From: Nemertoderma westbladi
Lineage: Eukaryota; Animalia; Xenacoelomorpha
NCBI GenBank assembly: GCA_032718475.1
Contig: JAUCBJ010007522.1
Span: forward strand, 73,263-137,262
Reading direction: 5' to 3'
Length of the DNA stretch: 64,000 bases
Shown here: positions 23,456 to 36,415 of the stretch, piece by piece
How positions within the stretch are numbered: position 1 is the first letter of the stretch
Layout of the letters: each line of letters opens with the position of its first letter
Program-made: the position numbers and the translations under genes
The notes under the pieces: model-generated
The model's input: only the letters and a program-made list of their open reading frames with translations
The model's database searches: none
Told to the model about the DNA's origin: nothing

Positions 23456-24280
23456 ACATTTTTGTGTCTCTGGACCCTAAAATTGGGTGAAAATTACTTT
23501 TTGAGCTACTAAACATCGTCTGGACTGCTTAAGAATATCCAAACAAAATATTTTTAAAATAATTGGCCACAAAATGGATCCACAATGGCAATAAGTACCT
23601 TTTTGCGCCAAGGGCTCTTTCTTCACCAATATTCGTTGAAATTTGTCGAAATTTGGAATATAAGTTCAGAAGTATTCTGAAAAAATTTTGCCTCAAACGC
23701 TCTGGAGGCCTTTTAGAACGAAAAGGCCCAAAAAATTGCTTTTTTTGGACCTTTTTCATATAAAACGGCTCCAGAGCAATTTTGTTCAGAATTTTTGTTC
23801 AACAAATTTGTTCAGAAAGGTATTCTTAACAAGTGTACCAAATTTAAACTCATTTCAGTTAATATTGGCGGAGAAATAGCGTTTCTAATGAAAAAACATC
23901 ATTCTGAGATATGGGTGTTTAAAGTTTAAGGAACAATTCAAACCTTCCCGCTATTTTAGATAATAGCATTTTTCTATGTTCAACAATAACTTTGTCATAA
24001 TTGAATGAAATTCAACCAAATTTTTCATGCTTGCTAAACATATAACAAGTAAAACAACTTTATAGCAATTTTATCCACATCTGTACCGTGAGAGCCTTTT
24101 TTTTATGAAAAGGGCCCCATACAATTGTAAAGCATAGTGCTGCTCGGAGACTTGTCAAAAATCAGACTAGCTCTTGCGTTTTGGGTAATAACTTGAGTTT
24201 GAACTTTTGGCACATGATAGAATAAAAAAAGTCAATTTTATCAATTTCCAAATTAGGGGGGTGCTACACACCCCCCTTAA
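23456..24280. mobile_element. Possible non-autonomous DNA transposon portion ending ...CTACACACCCCCC|TTAA (Kolobok-like)
   Basis: Terminal C-run followed by TTAA, with the AT-rich non-coding interior typical of such elements. The other terminus was not identified. Confidence 0.35.
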
Positions 24281-24330
24281 AATCTATAAGTTAATGAAAG
24301 CTAACTCTAGACTATTTCATGTCTGTTTAG

Positions 24331-24544
24331 TTTGGCGTTTGCTAATGTTGTCATTGGAAACGATAGGGATGCTTTGAGCCCAGCTAATCGACTAATCTGT
24401 GGAATCTTTCGAGGTAATCTATCCCTCGCTACTACCTACTCCTTTCATTGCTACCTGGCTGGTAGATATATTATTATCAGATCAAAACTGACTTCGAAAT
24501 TTCTTGTTATAGCTGAACTAACCGTTCACGGTTACAATCTATAA
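24331..24544 (+). CDS. Probable last exon of an F-type lectin (fucolectin/FTP-domain) host gene
   Basis: Acceptor TGTCTGTTTAG at 24330. Translation LAFANVVIGND...NRLICG...SFHCYLAGRYIII...LVIAELTVHG* fits the FTP C-terminal half (N..C, F.C...GRYV.I, L..E..V.G). AATAAA at 24631. Confidence 0.72.
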
Positions 24545-25019
24545 GTTTACTATTTGAGATATATCCCGCTTTTGAAACGTTTGAACCAAGCCTCGGTATA
24601 TATAGTATTAAACCAATATAATGTTTGTGCAATAAATTATATATTAATATTATTATTATTAACGTGTATGTGAAACAACAACTGCAAAGTACCTTTAACT
24701 AAAGAACACTCTAGCACAAAAATAATTAAATTAAGTCCATTTAAATTTTAAGTCATAAAAAATCAATAATTTCAAATGTATTTTGTCATATAAATCACAT
24801 ACCGCATGAAAGAAAGAAATAAATAATGCTAGTTAGATTGCTAGGTTCTAGGTATGCTCTTATGTGCCTGTGGAGTGTGGGGGTCACATAGTTTTAAGGG
24901 AACTCCTCCAGTAAAGGTTACTAGAGACTGGATAATAGAGCTGGATAGTCGGTGAAGTTCAACTCGATGTACCTTTTTCGTAAGCCTAACCTCAGGGGAC
25001 AGTGGAGTAACACCGGGCC

Positions 25020-25694
25020 GGGGGGTACGAGACCAGCGGCCAGTTTCGACCCGGAATCTGTGACTTATTAACCGGATACGGGTAAACGCTATACGCTGGT
25101 AATCTGGTATGTATGGTCTTACATTGGTATAAATAGGATGAACGGACAAGTCCTTGTTCAATATACATCTGTATGTGGCGAATTTTGTCGCTGATTCTGG
25201 TTTTTCCAAAACATGAGATTTCAGTCTTTCCATTGATACGGTGGACACCGTAGCTTTTAGTAAGTAATTAAACCCTGGACTATTTGCACTTTTACAAAGG
25301 ACAAAAGCCTGAGTGATTGGAGTGTTGGTGTCGCTCTTTTGTATTTTATTATAGAGTTTTTTTCTGGCAAGCATAAAACGGCCAGGAATTGGTAACAGGC
25401 CTAATTCAATCAGACAAATATCGTTTGGGGTTTGGTAACGGACACAAGCTAATGATTTAACCATGCAACCATGCATATTAATAATATCTCTCAATAACTT
25501 TAAAATCGTTAGTGAGCCAACTTTCAGATGCATAAAGCAAGCTGGACAGAATAGCAGATTCTAGTACTTGCTTTTTGATGCGATATGGCATCGAGGAATT
25601 TACAGCACAGAAAATGCTGAATTTATTTACTGTTTCCTCTAGTTTCGGTTCTAGAATTTTAAATGTTAACGAGATTTTCCCTCCTCAGTGAAAT
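25020..25694 (-). pseudogene. Non-LTR retrotransposon (RTE/RTEX-like) RT C-terminal fragment
   Basis: YNYLGCYF, SSLLYASESW, ELGLLPI and RIRLISHRFRVETGRW motifs across frameshifts. Truncated at ~25020. Confidence 0.78.
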
Positions 25695-28089
25695 AGCAAC
25701 CCAGATAGTTATAACTAGTGCAGTGATTAATAAGTGTACCATGAGATATGATAGGAAGCAACCCAGATGTTATAACTAGTGCAGTGATCAATAACTGTAC
25801 CATGAGATATGATAGGAAGCAACCCAGATGTTATAACTAGTGCAGTGATTAATAACTGTACCATGAGATATGATAGGAAGCAACCCAGATGTTATAACTA
25901 GTGCAGTGATCAATAACTGTACCATGAGATATGATAGGAAGCAACCCAGATGTTATAACTAGTGCAGTGATTAATAACTGTACCATGAGATATGATAGGA
26001 AGCAACCCAGATGTTATAACTAGTGCAGTGATTAATAACTGTACCATGAGATATGATAGGAAGCAACCCAGATGTTATAACTAGTGCAGTGATTAATATC
26101 TGTACCATGAGATATGATAGGAAGCAACCCAGATGTTATAACTAGTGCAGTGATTAATAACTGTACCATGAGATATGATAGGAAGCAACCCAGATGTTAT
26201 AACTAGTGCAGTGATTAATATCTGTACCATGAGATATGATAGGAAGCAACCCAGATGTTATAACTAGTGCAGTGATTAATAACTGTACCATGAGATATGA
26301 TAGGAAGCAACCCAGATGTTATAACTAGTGCAGTGATTAATAACTGTACCATGAGATATGATAGGAAGCAACCCAGATGTTATAACTAGTGCAGTGATTA
26401 ATAACTGTACCATGAGATATGATAGGAAGCAACCCAGATGTTATAACTAGTGCAGTGATTAATATCTGTACCATGAGATATGATAGGAAGCAACCCAGAT
26501 GTTATAACTAGTGCAGTGATTAATAAGTGTACCATGAGATATGATAGGAAGCAACCCAGATGTTATAACTAGTGCAGTGATTAATAAGTGTACCATGAGA
26601 TATGATAGGAAGCAACCCAGATGTTATAACTAGTGCAGTGATTAATAAGTGTACCATGAGATATGATAGGAAGCAACCCAGATGTTATAACTAGTGCAGT
26701 GATTAATAAGTGTACCATGAGATATGATAGGAAGCAACCCAGATGTTATAACTAGTGCAGTGATTAATAACTGTACCATGAGATATGATAGGAAGCAACC
26801 CAGATGTTATAACTAGTGCAGTGATTAATAACTGTACCATGAGATATGATAGGAAGCAACCCAGATGTTATAACTAGTGCAGTGATTAATAACTGTACCA
26901 TGAGATATGATAGGAAGCAACCCAGATGTTATAACTAGTGCAGTGATTAATAACTGTACCATGAGATATGATAGGAAGCAACCCAGATGTTATAACTAGT
27001 GCAGTGATTAATAACTGTACCATGAGATATGATAGGAAGCAACCCAGATGTTATAACTAGTGCAGTGATTAATAACTGTACCATGAGATATGATAGGAAG
27101 CAACCCAGATGTTATAACTAGTGCAGTGATTAATAACTGTACCAGTAGTATATATATTTGTACCATGAGATATGATAGGAAGCAACCCAGATAGTTATAA
27201 CTAGTGCAGTGATTAATAACTGTACCAGTAGTATATATACTTGTACCATGAGATATGATAGGAAGCAACCCAGATGTTATAACTAGTGCAGTGATTAATA
27301 ACTGTACCAGTAGTATATATACTTGTACCATGAGATATGATAGGAAGCAACCCAGATGTTATAACTAGTGCAGTGATTAATAACTGTACCATGAGATATG
27401 ATAGGAAGCAACCCAGATAGTTATAACTAGTGCAGTGATTAATAACTGTACCATGAGATATGATAGGAAGCAACCCAGATAGTTATAACTAGTGCAGTGA
27501 TTAATAACTGTACCAGTAGTATATATACTTGTACCATGAGATATGATAGGAAGCAACCCAGATGTTATAACTAGTGCAGTGATTAATAACTGTACCAGTA
27601 GTATATATACTTGTACCATGAGATATGATAGGAAGCAACCCAGATGTTATAACTAGTGCAGTGATTAATAACTGTACCATGAGATATGATAGGAAGCAAC
27701 CCAGATAGTTATAACTAGTGCAGTGATTAATAACTGTACCAGTAGTATATATACTTGTACCATGAGATATGATAGGAAGCAACCCAGATAGTTATAACTA
27801 GTGCAGTGATTAATAACTGTACCAGTAGTATATATACTTGTACCATGAGATATGATAGGAAGCAACCCAGATAGTTATAACTAGTGCAGTGATTAATAAC
27901 TGTACCAGTAGTATATATACTTGTACCATGAGATATGATAGGAAGCAACCCAGATAGTTATAACTAGTGCAGTGATTAATAACTGTACCAGTAGTATATA
28001 TACTTGTACCATGAGATATGATAGGAAGCAACCCAGATAGTTATAACTAGTGCAGTGATTAATAAGTGTACCATGAGATATGATAGGAA
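25695..28089. repeat. 61-bp tandem satellite with 82-83-bp variant units, derived from LINE RT coding sequence
   Basis: Unit AGCAACCCAGATGTTATAACTAGTGCAGTGATTAATAACTGTACCATGAGATATGATAGGA. From ~27140 many units carry a 21-bp insert (GTACCAGTAGTATATATACTT). Confidence 0.97.
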
Positions 28090-30180
28090 CTTGTTTTCGT
28101 AAATAGAGAACCAATGGCTGACGACGTAGTGATAGTGTTATTGTTTTTATCATACATAATAAGTGAAATCTGAAGCTTAAATAGGAGATGTAAGGGGATA
28201 ATACCAAGGGATTTGTATAGCGGGCTAGGGGAGGACCGAGAGGGACTAAAAGTAATACAACGTAGCAGTTTGTTAATTAATTTTTGTTTGTAGCGGTTTC
28301 AGAGTTGTAGTGTATGTACCACCCCACAAGACTATGTTGAGTGTAAATATGGGGGTATATAATATATATACATATAGGGTTAAATATATTTGACGTAGAA
28401 TTCGGACTGGAAAATGTTCCGTAATTTTTAAAATATGCCTGAAATTTTCGATATTTTTTTGAGAATGTATTAATTTTTAACGATAGCATTCATCCGTGAG
28501 CTAGGGCACCTTATACAGAAGGTATCTGGCAACAAAAAATCGATTGAACACCTCCGTCAACGTTTAGGGGTTTGTATCCAGGTCGGTAATGCTGCATGCG
28601 TCAAAGAGTCCTTTGCTGCACATTCCCAGTCTTTTAGAGAAATTTTATTTAAATAGTGTCAGAGGAATCTAGCGTAAAAGCTAACGGGTCTGGAAGTTAT
28701 GATCAGGACAATGTTGAAGATCCACAATTAGAATTAACTCTAAGTATATAATTAACCAATGGATAACAAATTCTAGAATATAATCTTCATATATACAAAT
28801 TTAAAAATTAATTTTTAATTAAAATTTAATTTGTTAATGTTAATGCATGTTAATAATTAATTTCAAAGCCGATATTTAGTAAGCCGATATATTTCAGCCT
28901 CTCTCACCTGCTCCCATCCGGATACCATTGAGATTCGTCTGTAGAAGATAATTACAGTCGATTGTTTTTCCTCGTTTTTTTTTCCAAAAAACAAACACCG
29001 CCACTTGATCCAGGTCACCACTATGTTACCCCATATTCAATTGTTTCTAGCCCAACAATTTTTTCGCGCCCAACCCTATTGTCCATGGAACCAGAGCAGA
29101 ACAAGCATAATGTTTATGAAATAAAGGTAAATTAATAGCCGTTTCATTAGTGTTTCTATGTTATTGTGAAGTAATTATAATTTTAATGAACATTTATTAT
29201 CACATAAAATAACTTGGCCTTTTCATTCATTCAGTTAAAGTCATGAGTCGAATCGTCTTGGCCAAATTGTGTGGGACGAAACGACCGCACCGAAACCTCA
29301 TAGGTCTATACGTCTGTATACCAGCTCAGGTACTACCCCAGCGCTACGAAATGGAATTTGAGAGCCCTTCTGTAACCATGAATTTTTAGTGAAGTCCTGA
29401 TATTCACCAGCTGGGCTATTACAACACTTTAATTTTTCTCAATCAACATATTATTTGTTTTAAGAAAATTCAGGTAGGCCTATATCTAATGGTACATTTA
29501 ATGGACATTCATCAAATAGAGTTCAACAATTGACTTAACTTTAATAACTTTTTTCCAATAAATAAGACAATAATAATAATTAAACACAAAAATGTAAAGT
29601 ACCAAAAATAAATAAACAACCCACCAAAGATATATTTTTACGGCAGATATCGAAAAAATACACAATAGGCCTATCTATACATTACTATAGGCCTATCTAT
29701 ACATTACACACACAGGTTGAATCCAATATATTGCCATCATTATTTTCAGTTATTATTTAATATAAATTATTTTATTATTTAATATAATTTATGCACAGAA
29801 GCTTATCCAAAACTGTTGAATTTAGAGAGATTTGTGGCATGATATTATTTATTAATTCTATTTTACATTGACTGCTATATGCCTTTCGTAACTTACACAA
29901 TACATTATCATTAAATTAATCTCACTTCATTTGACGCTGTGAATTTCTCACATAAGTTTTTACTTTTTAACTATTTTTTGTGGTGTGTTATATAAATATT
30001 AGCTGCACCATTTATTGAAACACTCTACGAAAAATAGCAGTTTAATTAAAATTTATGTTACAAAGTGATTGCCACATATCGGAGACACGAATGCGCCGTT
30101 ATAAATATAAAGAAACAGTTAAATTGACTGACTAGCGGTACCGGAACCGGTACCGGTACCGGAATTAAATTTATTAGAAA

Positions 30181-31151
30181 CCATTGTATACCAATGTACA
30201 CCATTGTATACCAATGTACACCATTGTATACCAATGTACACCATTGTATACCAATGTACACAATTGTATACCAATGTACACAATTGTATACCAATGTACA
30301 CCATTGTATACCAATGTACACCATTGCATACCAATGTACACCATTGTATACCAATGTACACCATTGTATACCAATGTACACAATTGTATACCAATGTACA
30401 CCATTGTACACCAATGTACTCCATTGTATACCAATGTACACAATTGTATACCAATGTACACCATTGTATACCAATGTACCTCTTTGTATACCAATGTACA
30501 CCATTGCATACCAATGTACACCATTGTATACCAATGTACACCATTGTATACCAATGTATACCATTGTATACCAATGTACACAATTGTATACCAATGTACA
30601 CCATTGTATACCAATGTACCTCTTTGTATACCAATGTACATCATTGTATACCAATGTACACCATTGTACACCAATGTACACCATTGTACACCAATGTACT
30701 CCATTGTATACCAATGTACACAATTGTATACCAATGTACACCATTGTATACCAATGTACCTCTTTGTATACCAATGTACACAATTGCATACCAATGTACA
30801 CCATTGTATACCAATGTACACCATTGTATACCAATGTACACCATTGTATACCAATGTACACAATTGTATACCAATGTACACCATTGTATACCAATGTACC
30901 TCTTTGTATACCAATGTACATCACTGTATACCAATGTACACCCTTGTACACCAATGTGCACCATTGTATACCAATGTACACCATTGTATACCAATGTACA
31001 CAATTGTATACCAATGTACACCATTGTATACCAATGTACCTCTTTGTATACCAATGTACACCATTGCATACCAATGTACACCATTGTATACCAATGTACA
31101 TCATTGTATACCAATGTACACCATTGTACACCAATGTACACCATTGTATAC
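30181..31151. repeat. 20-bp satellite (CCATTGTATACCAATGTACA)n, left part
   Basis: Direct tandem repeat built as a dimer of two related 10-mers. Confidence 0.98.
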
Positions 31152-31266
31152 TGTTAATGCCACTAGTGAATGGCATTTACCTCGCAGGCTCGCCCCATAT
31201 TGTTAATTTACTTCTGCCAGGGAATTATTATGTTATACGGCAAGGGCCATGCAGAATAGCTCTGAT

Positions 31267-33801
31267 AATAATAATAATAATAATAAAATAAATTTGTATA
31301 GCGCCAAATTTACAATATTTAAACAGTACGCTAAGGCGCTTAAGTCACTATCTAGAGATATTGGTACATAGCGATAAAGTACGATAAACGAATATAATAA
31401 ACTCAATTAATGCACCAAATACAGACAAATTAGTGATAAAGTAAAATATTTTGGATATTAAAACGGACAAGTAAGCGATATGTAAAATATATGATAAATA
31501 TATGTCATAAAAAATATGTAAAATATTTAGAGCATTAAAATAAAACCGGCAAATTTTGATAATGTTACACAATTGGGGCATTAAAAACAGGCAGATATGT
31601 GACACGACAACGATCAGCATAAGTTCAGTGATACAATTACAAATACTTAAATTAATTACTACAAATTGACAATGCAGTTTGTAATTTTATTGCGTGGCGA
31701 AAAGTATCAAAATAAGACAAATTCGTGATCAACTATAAGCAAAATAATTAATTAAGGATTTAAAACGGACAATTAAGTGACAAACGAATAAGTAAAATAT
31801 TTAGAGCATTAAAACCGGCAAATTTTGATAACGTTACACAATTGGGGCATTAAAAAACAGGCAGATATGTGACACGACAACGATCAGCATAAGTTCAGTG
31901 ATACAATTACAGATACTTAAATTAATTACTACAAATTGACAATGCAGTTTGTAATTTTATTGCGTGGCGAAAAGTATCAAAATAAGACAAATTCGTGATC
32001 AACTAATATAAGCAAAATAATTAATTAAGGATTTAAAACGGACAATTAAGTGACAAACGAATAAGTAAAATATTTAGAGCATTAAAACCGGCAAATTTTG
32101 ATAACGCTACACAATTGGGGCATTAAAAAACAGGCAGATATGTGACACGACAACGATCAATATAAAGTTCAGTAATACAATTACGAATACTTCAATAAAT
32201 AAAACGGTTCAATCAACAGTTCAGTTCAAATTTTCAATATAAGTAAAATTAATTAGAGCTTAAAAGAAAAAAGTTTGTACGATATACAATGCAGTATACA
32301 TACCAACATTATTAGAGCATTAAAAGACAGTTCAATGAAGCAAATTAGATAATATAATTAAATTAAATACTAGAGGTATTCGAAACTAATTATGCGTATG
32401 CCATGGAGAAAAGGTATGTTTTGAGTCGTCGCTTGAAGGTCGGTGTATCGGAAATCGAACGGATATCTGTGGGGAGTTTATTCCAGAGTCTGGGGGCGGC
32501 TATGGGGAAGGCCCGACGGCCCAAAGTTTGGCAGTTAAAACGCGGTTCGACGAGCGAGAGTGAAGTGCACCTTCGGGTTGTGTGGTTTGCGTAGGTCACC
32601 GGGGTTAGCATTTCGCGGATGTACTGTGGTGCTCGTTGCGATCGGGACTTGTGAACGAGGAGAAGTAATTTGAATTCGATGCGTTTCCGAACTGGTAGCC
32701 AATGTAATTGCTTGAGACTCGGAGTGATGTGATCGTATTTGTGAACCTTGGTTAGTAGACGTGCAGCCGAGTTTTGTACGCGTTGCAACTTTGCAAGTTG
32801 GTAGCCAGGTACACCGTAGAGAAGACCGTTACAGTAATCGATACGGCTTGATATGAGCGAGTGTATGATGGTTTCTGCAGACTTCTGGTCGAGAAAGTTA
32901 GCGATGCGTCGAATATTGTGGAAGTGGAAGAAGGCTGCGCTACAAGTTTTTGTTATGAACTTGCTCATGGTTAGACCAGGATCGAGCCATGCACCAAGGT
33001 TCTTCACCGATTTTGCTGGATATATTTCAAAGTCCCCAACACGAATAGACTTAGTAGTTAGTTTAGATAATTGTTGCGGGGTTCCTAATATTATAAACTC
33101 GGTTTTGTCATCGTTTATTTTTAGTTTATTTTCGATGAACCATTCGCGCAAATCTGCGATGCAATTTTCTAGAGCTTTTAGTGCATCGGCTTCATCGGAT
33201 TCGTTAGTTGGCTGAAATGCGTGGTAGGTTTGTTTATCATCTGCATATCCATGTAAAGCAATCGGTAAGTGTCGCTCGATGATTTTAAATAGCCCTCTGC
33301 CAAAGTTCCCAAAGTAGTGACATGATGAGCAAGCTCCCTGGGGAAAACCATATTCTAGTAAGTGATCCTTAGAGTTCGAACCCAATGTTGTTACGTGTTG
33401 ATGACGTCCTCGGAGAAACGATGAAAACCAACGGAGACAGGTGCCACAAATTCCCAGGTCCGACTCGAATACGTTCAATAGCCGATCGTGGTCTACAGTG
33501 TCGAAGGCGGCACTTAGATCTAGTAGCACTAGAAATGTCACCTTCTTGTTGTCCATGTTGATAAGGATATCGGATTGAACTTTAATTAAGGCTGTTTCGG
33601 TACTGTGGAATCGTCGATATCCCGATTCAGTGCATGGTAAAGGATGGTGTTCATCAATGTATGGTAGGAATTGTGACATTACTGCTCGCTCTGCAATTTT
33701 TGATACAAATGGTAAACCACTTACAGGTCGAAAATTGGATTTTATAATCGAGTTCAAATTAGTTTTCTTTAAAGTCGGCGTGACTGTTGCCGTTTTCCGT
33801 T
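31267..33801 (-). mobile_element. 5'-truncated L2/CR1-group LINE
   Basis: RT ORF 33757-32390. The 3' end GGCGCTATACAAAT...(TTA)n has a GCGCC/GGCGC stem. A ~273-bp tandem duplication lies in the 3' UTR (31519-32190). Confidence 0.92.
32390..33757 (-). CDS. LINE ORF2 reverse transcriptase, C-terminal 455 aa
   Basis: NFRPVS, HSTETAL, LDLSAAFDTVDH, GFPQG, YADD, SRIDYCN, LHWLPV and GRRAF motifs. Confidence 0.92.
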   Translation of the reverse strand: MNSIIKSNFRPVSGLPFVSKIAERAVMSQFLPYIDEHHPLPCTESGYRRFHSTETALIKVQSDILINMDNKKVTFLVLLDLSAAFDTVDHDRLLNVFESDLGICGTCLRWFSSFLRGRHQHVTTLGSNSKDHLLEYGFPQGACSSCHYFGNFGRGLFKIIERHLPIALHGYADDKQTYHAFQPTNESDEADALKALENCIADLREWFIENKLKINDDKTEFIILGTPQQLSKLTTKSIRVGDFEIYPAKSVKNLGAWLDPGLTMSKFITKTCSAAFFHFHNIRRIANFLDQKSAETIIHSLISSRIDYCNGLLYGVPGYQLAKLQRVQNSAARLLTKVHKYDHITPSLKQLHWLPVRKRIEFKLLLLVHKSRSQRAPQYIREMLTPVTYANHTTRRCTSLSLVEPRFNCQTLGRRAFPIAAPRLWNKLPTDIRSISDTPTFKRRLKTYLFSMAYA

Positions 33802-36415
33802 TGATTGGCTAATACCCATTTGCATTCAGCTTACCAGCCCCAGCCTATATAGCATTATATCAGTTGGTCAGCCTAACTATTGAAGATTTATTAGTTAACA
33901 GCTCACTAGCTGTTAGTAGATTTGTGGGTCGGAATATTCACGTCAATTCGTGATATTGCCGATGTCAATTTGTGATATTGATTCGTATTATGTCGATTTA
34001 TTGTTTGTCGATTAATTAATTTGTTATATCAGTTGAATTATTGCGATTTATGTTATTATTATGTTATCGATAAAGATAAAGAGAATGGATTCAAGTCATT
34101 CTGTTGTTGATTAACGTTGGTAGCACAATAACATTGAGGTTGGTGGTCTATAGACTGTACGGTATTGCAACTCATCGCACTGGGGTGTACGTGTTACAGT
34201 ATTGTCATATGACGCCTAATATTAATAGCAAACTAACATATTTTAATACGTGCACAAAATTAATTCCTGTGACATCGGTATCTCGGATTGTCAGTTTCAT
34301 AAATCCGACTTCCATAAGTCTCGAATGAATACAGTTTTCAGTTAGACATAAAGACGTAAGCAGCCCAGATACACAACTTAAAGGAACTATTTATACGGGG
34401 TTTCAAATCTGTTTATAGTAACGCCAGTTTTATATGCAACAATAAATTATTCTACGAGTACAAGTAACGGTTACTAGCGCCCGTTTCTTGTATATACAGC
34501 TGGTCGTAAGTTTAGGCTCATTATTTGCAAAATTGAATTGTAGCGCTAACAGTGAATATTTAACTCAGTGAAGATTTCGCCAGCGAATATTATCCACCTG
34601 GTGAATTTTTCTCCTCGCATTTATTGTTGCATTGTCCTTATCTGTAATTCTAGAGTAGGCTATTTAGGACTGCGCACCCTGAATAGAATATTTTAAGTTT
34701 ACAACTGTCGGTGTTATAAATTGATTTACTGTGTATAGAATAGGAGTTGTAAAAATTTATTTACCTGAATGTTTACATTTACAGTATGTACATTTATTGT
34801 TGTAGCATTTAATAGTTCAGTGTAGATTCTGCACTCAAATATTTCAAGCGGCTAACGAACTGCGTGTCCCCCACCTTTTTGATAGGACGTCCCGCACGTC
34901 CCTTGCGTAATTATATCTCGCTTGGTGTCAATCTCGTCTTAATAGTAAATCGAGTATCTATCTAAATATTCTGGGAGAGGTATTTGAAGAAATTTTTCTG
35001 TACTGTGTTGTTTGTGTTTCGATTGTGAATTGCTTATTTGTGAGTGTGATTTCAGGTGACTGAATGTGTTTGTGCTGTTCCCGTCTTGACTGCATGAAAA
35101 CTGGATTAATTGGTCCCATATCAATCCTGTTGGTGTTCGGTATAGTGAGTACGTTTAAGGGATTTGAACGCTCAGTTGTATTGCGTTCAGCGGCAGATCG
35201 ACAGTAAGATTCCTAGCTACGTGCGAATAGGGTATCGATGATCGTTGGGTAACTGAGCAGACGTATTTCTTATTGTAAGCACGAGTTCCTGATATCAAGT
35301 TATTAAATTTTGCTTACCAGCGGGTAAGGCTAAGCAAAATTTATTCCTGTGGACAGCAGTGTTTGTTTGAAAATTGTATGCAATTAAAGAATTTCTCCCT
35401 TGACGCTGTTCGGTTTCGGAGGCTGGGGAAACTTCCACGTGTCAGACTCGACGTTGTAAATCTATGCAGGTCTCGGCGTACCATAAGTCTATGTGTGTTC
35501 GTAACCTGACAGTGGAATTGTGTGCGACAGATTGATAAATATTGTTGAAAGCAAAATGCGAAGTCCCAAAATAGTTGGAATTAAATTCCAGCTATAAACA
35601 TAAATTTACTCCCCTGATAAATCTAACCCGTTAAATTGTCCTATCCATTTATTGTAATATTTTGATTTGTAATATTTTGATTTGTAATAATTTTCTTTGT
35701 ATATTAAGTACGCATTATCATTAGGTACATTCTATTGTATTATCATTCTGTAGTAGATTAATTTATATTGCAGGAATATAAGAATAATCTATATACCAAA
35801 GCAATTTGGTCACATTTATTTCATAGACATACGGCATCAATATAACTTGTCTATATCATTCATTACAGGCATACAAGTTACTCGGAACTGCCAATATATC
35901 GAATTAACTTCCCTGCAGTCGACCCAGTTACTGTTAGTCTATATTGGAACATTGCCAAGAGAGTACAATACAATAGCTTGTAACAGAAAGCTTTAACATC
36001 AGCCCATACTGCCTTGATAATTATTGTAGGTAACTGAGCGAACAAGGAGGGCCATTTGTTATCTCCTCTGACTGCCTTAGTATAAGCCATTTACTGTCAA
36101 GCCCTATTAAATTGAATTATCCATATAGGCATCGCCAATCAGATAGCTACAGTAGCTTCCACCAGTGTAATTTCATCTGAGGGTGTTAGGCAAAGGCGAC
36201 TCCTTACGGGAATATCCAGCACTAGCATTTCTTTAACTAGCACTTGTTATCTTTCTATCAGTAGGTGGCGTGGCTTATTTCTGTTGCAGAAATCAACTGA
36301 CTGACAAGCTATATATACTGCATTAATAATTATTAATTATTTGCAGGCGCTACAGTTTATAAATAAATTATAGATTGGATCTTTTTAATTAATTATATTT
36401 AATTAATTAATTAAC

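Larger units (their letters stand above)
31152..34551 (+). repeat. BEL-C 5' LTR, split by a LINE (pieces 31152-31266 and 33802-34551)
   Basis: The two pieces together match 52329-53195. TGAT is present at both junctions. Confidence 0.93.

Noticed and set aside
27008-28207. Repeat-plus-21-bp-insert pattern as CRISPR; hydrophobic ORFs
   Set aside because: The inserts are essentially identical rather than unique spacers, and the ORFs are translations of the satellite.
28100-30180. AT-rich interval with short palindromes (TAGGCCTA, ACCGGTACCGGT)
   Set aside because: No supportable ORF, termini or RNA gene. TAGGCCTA is scattered across the window without a pattern.
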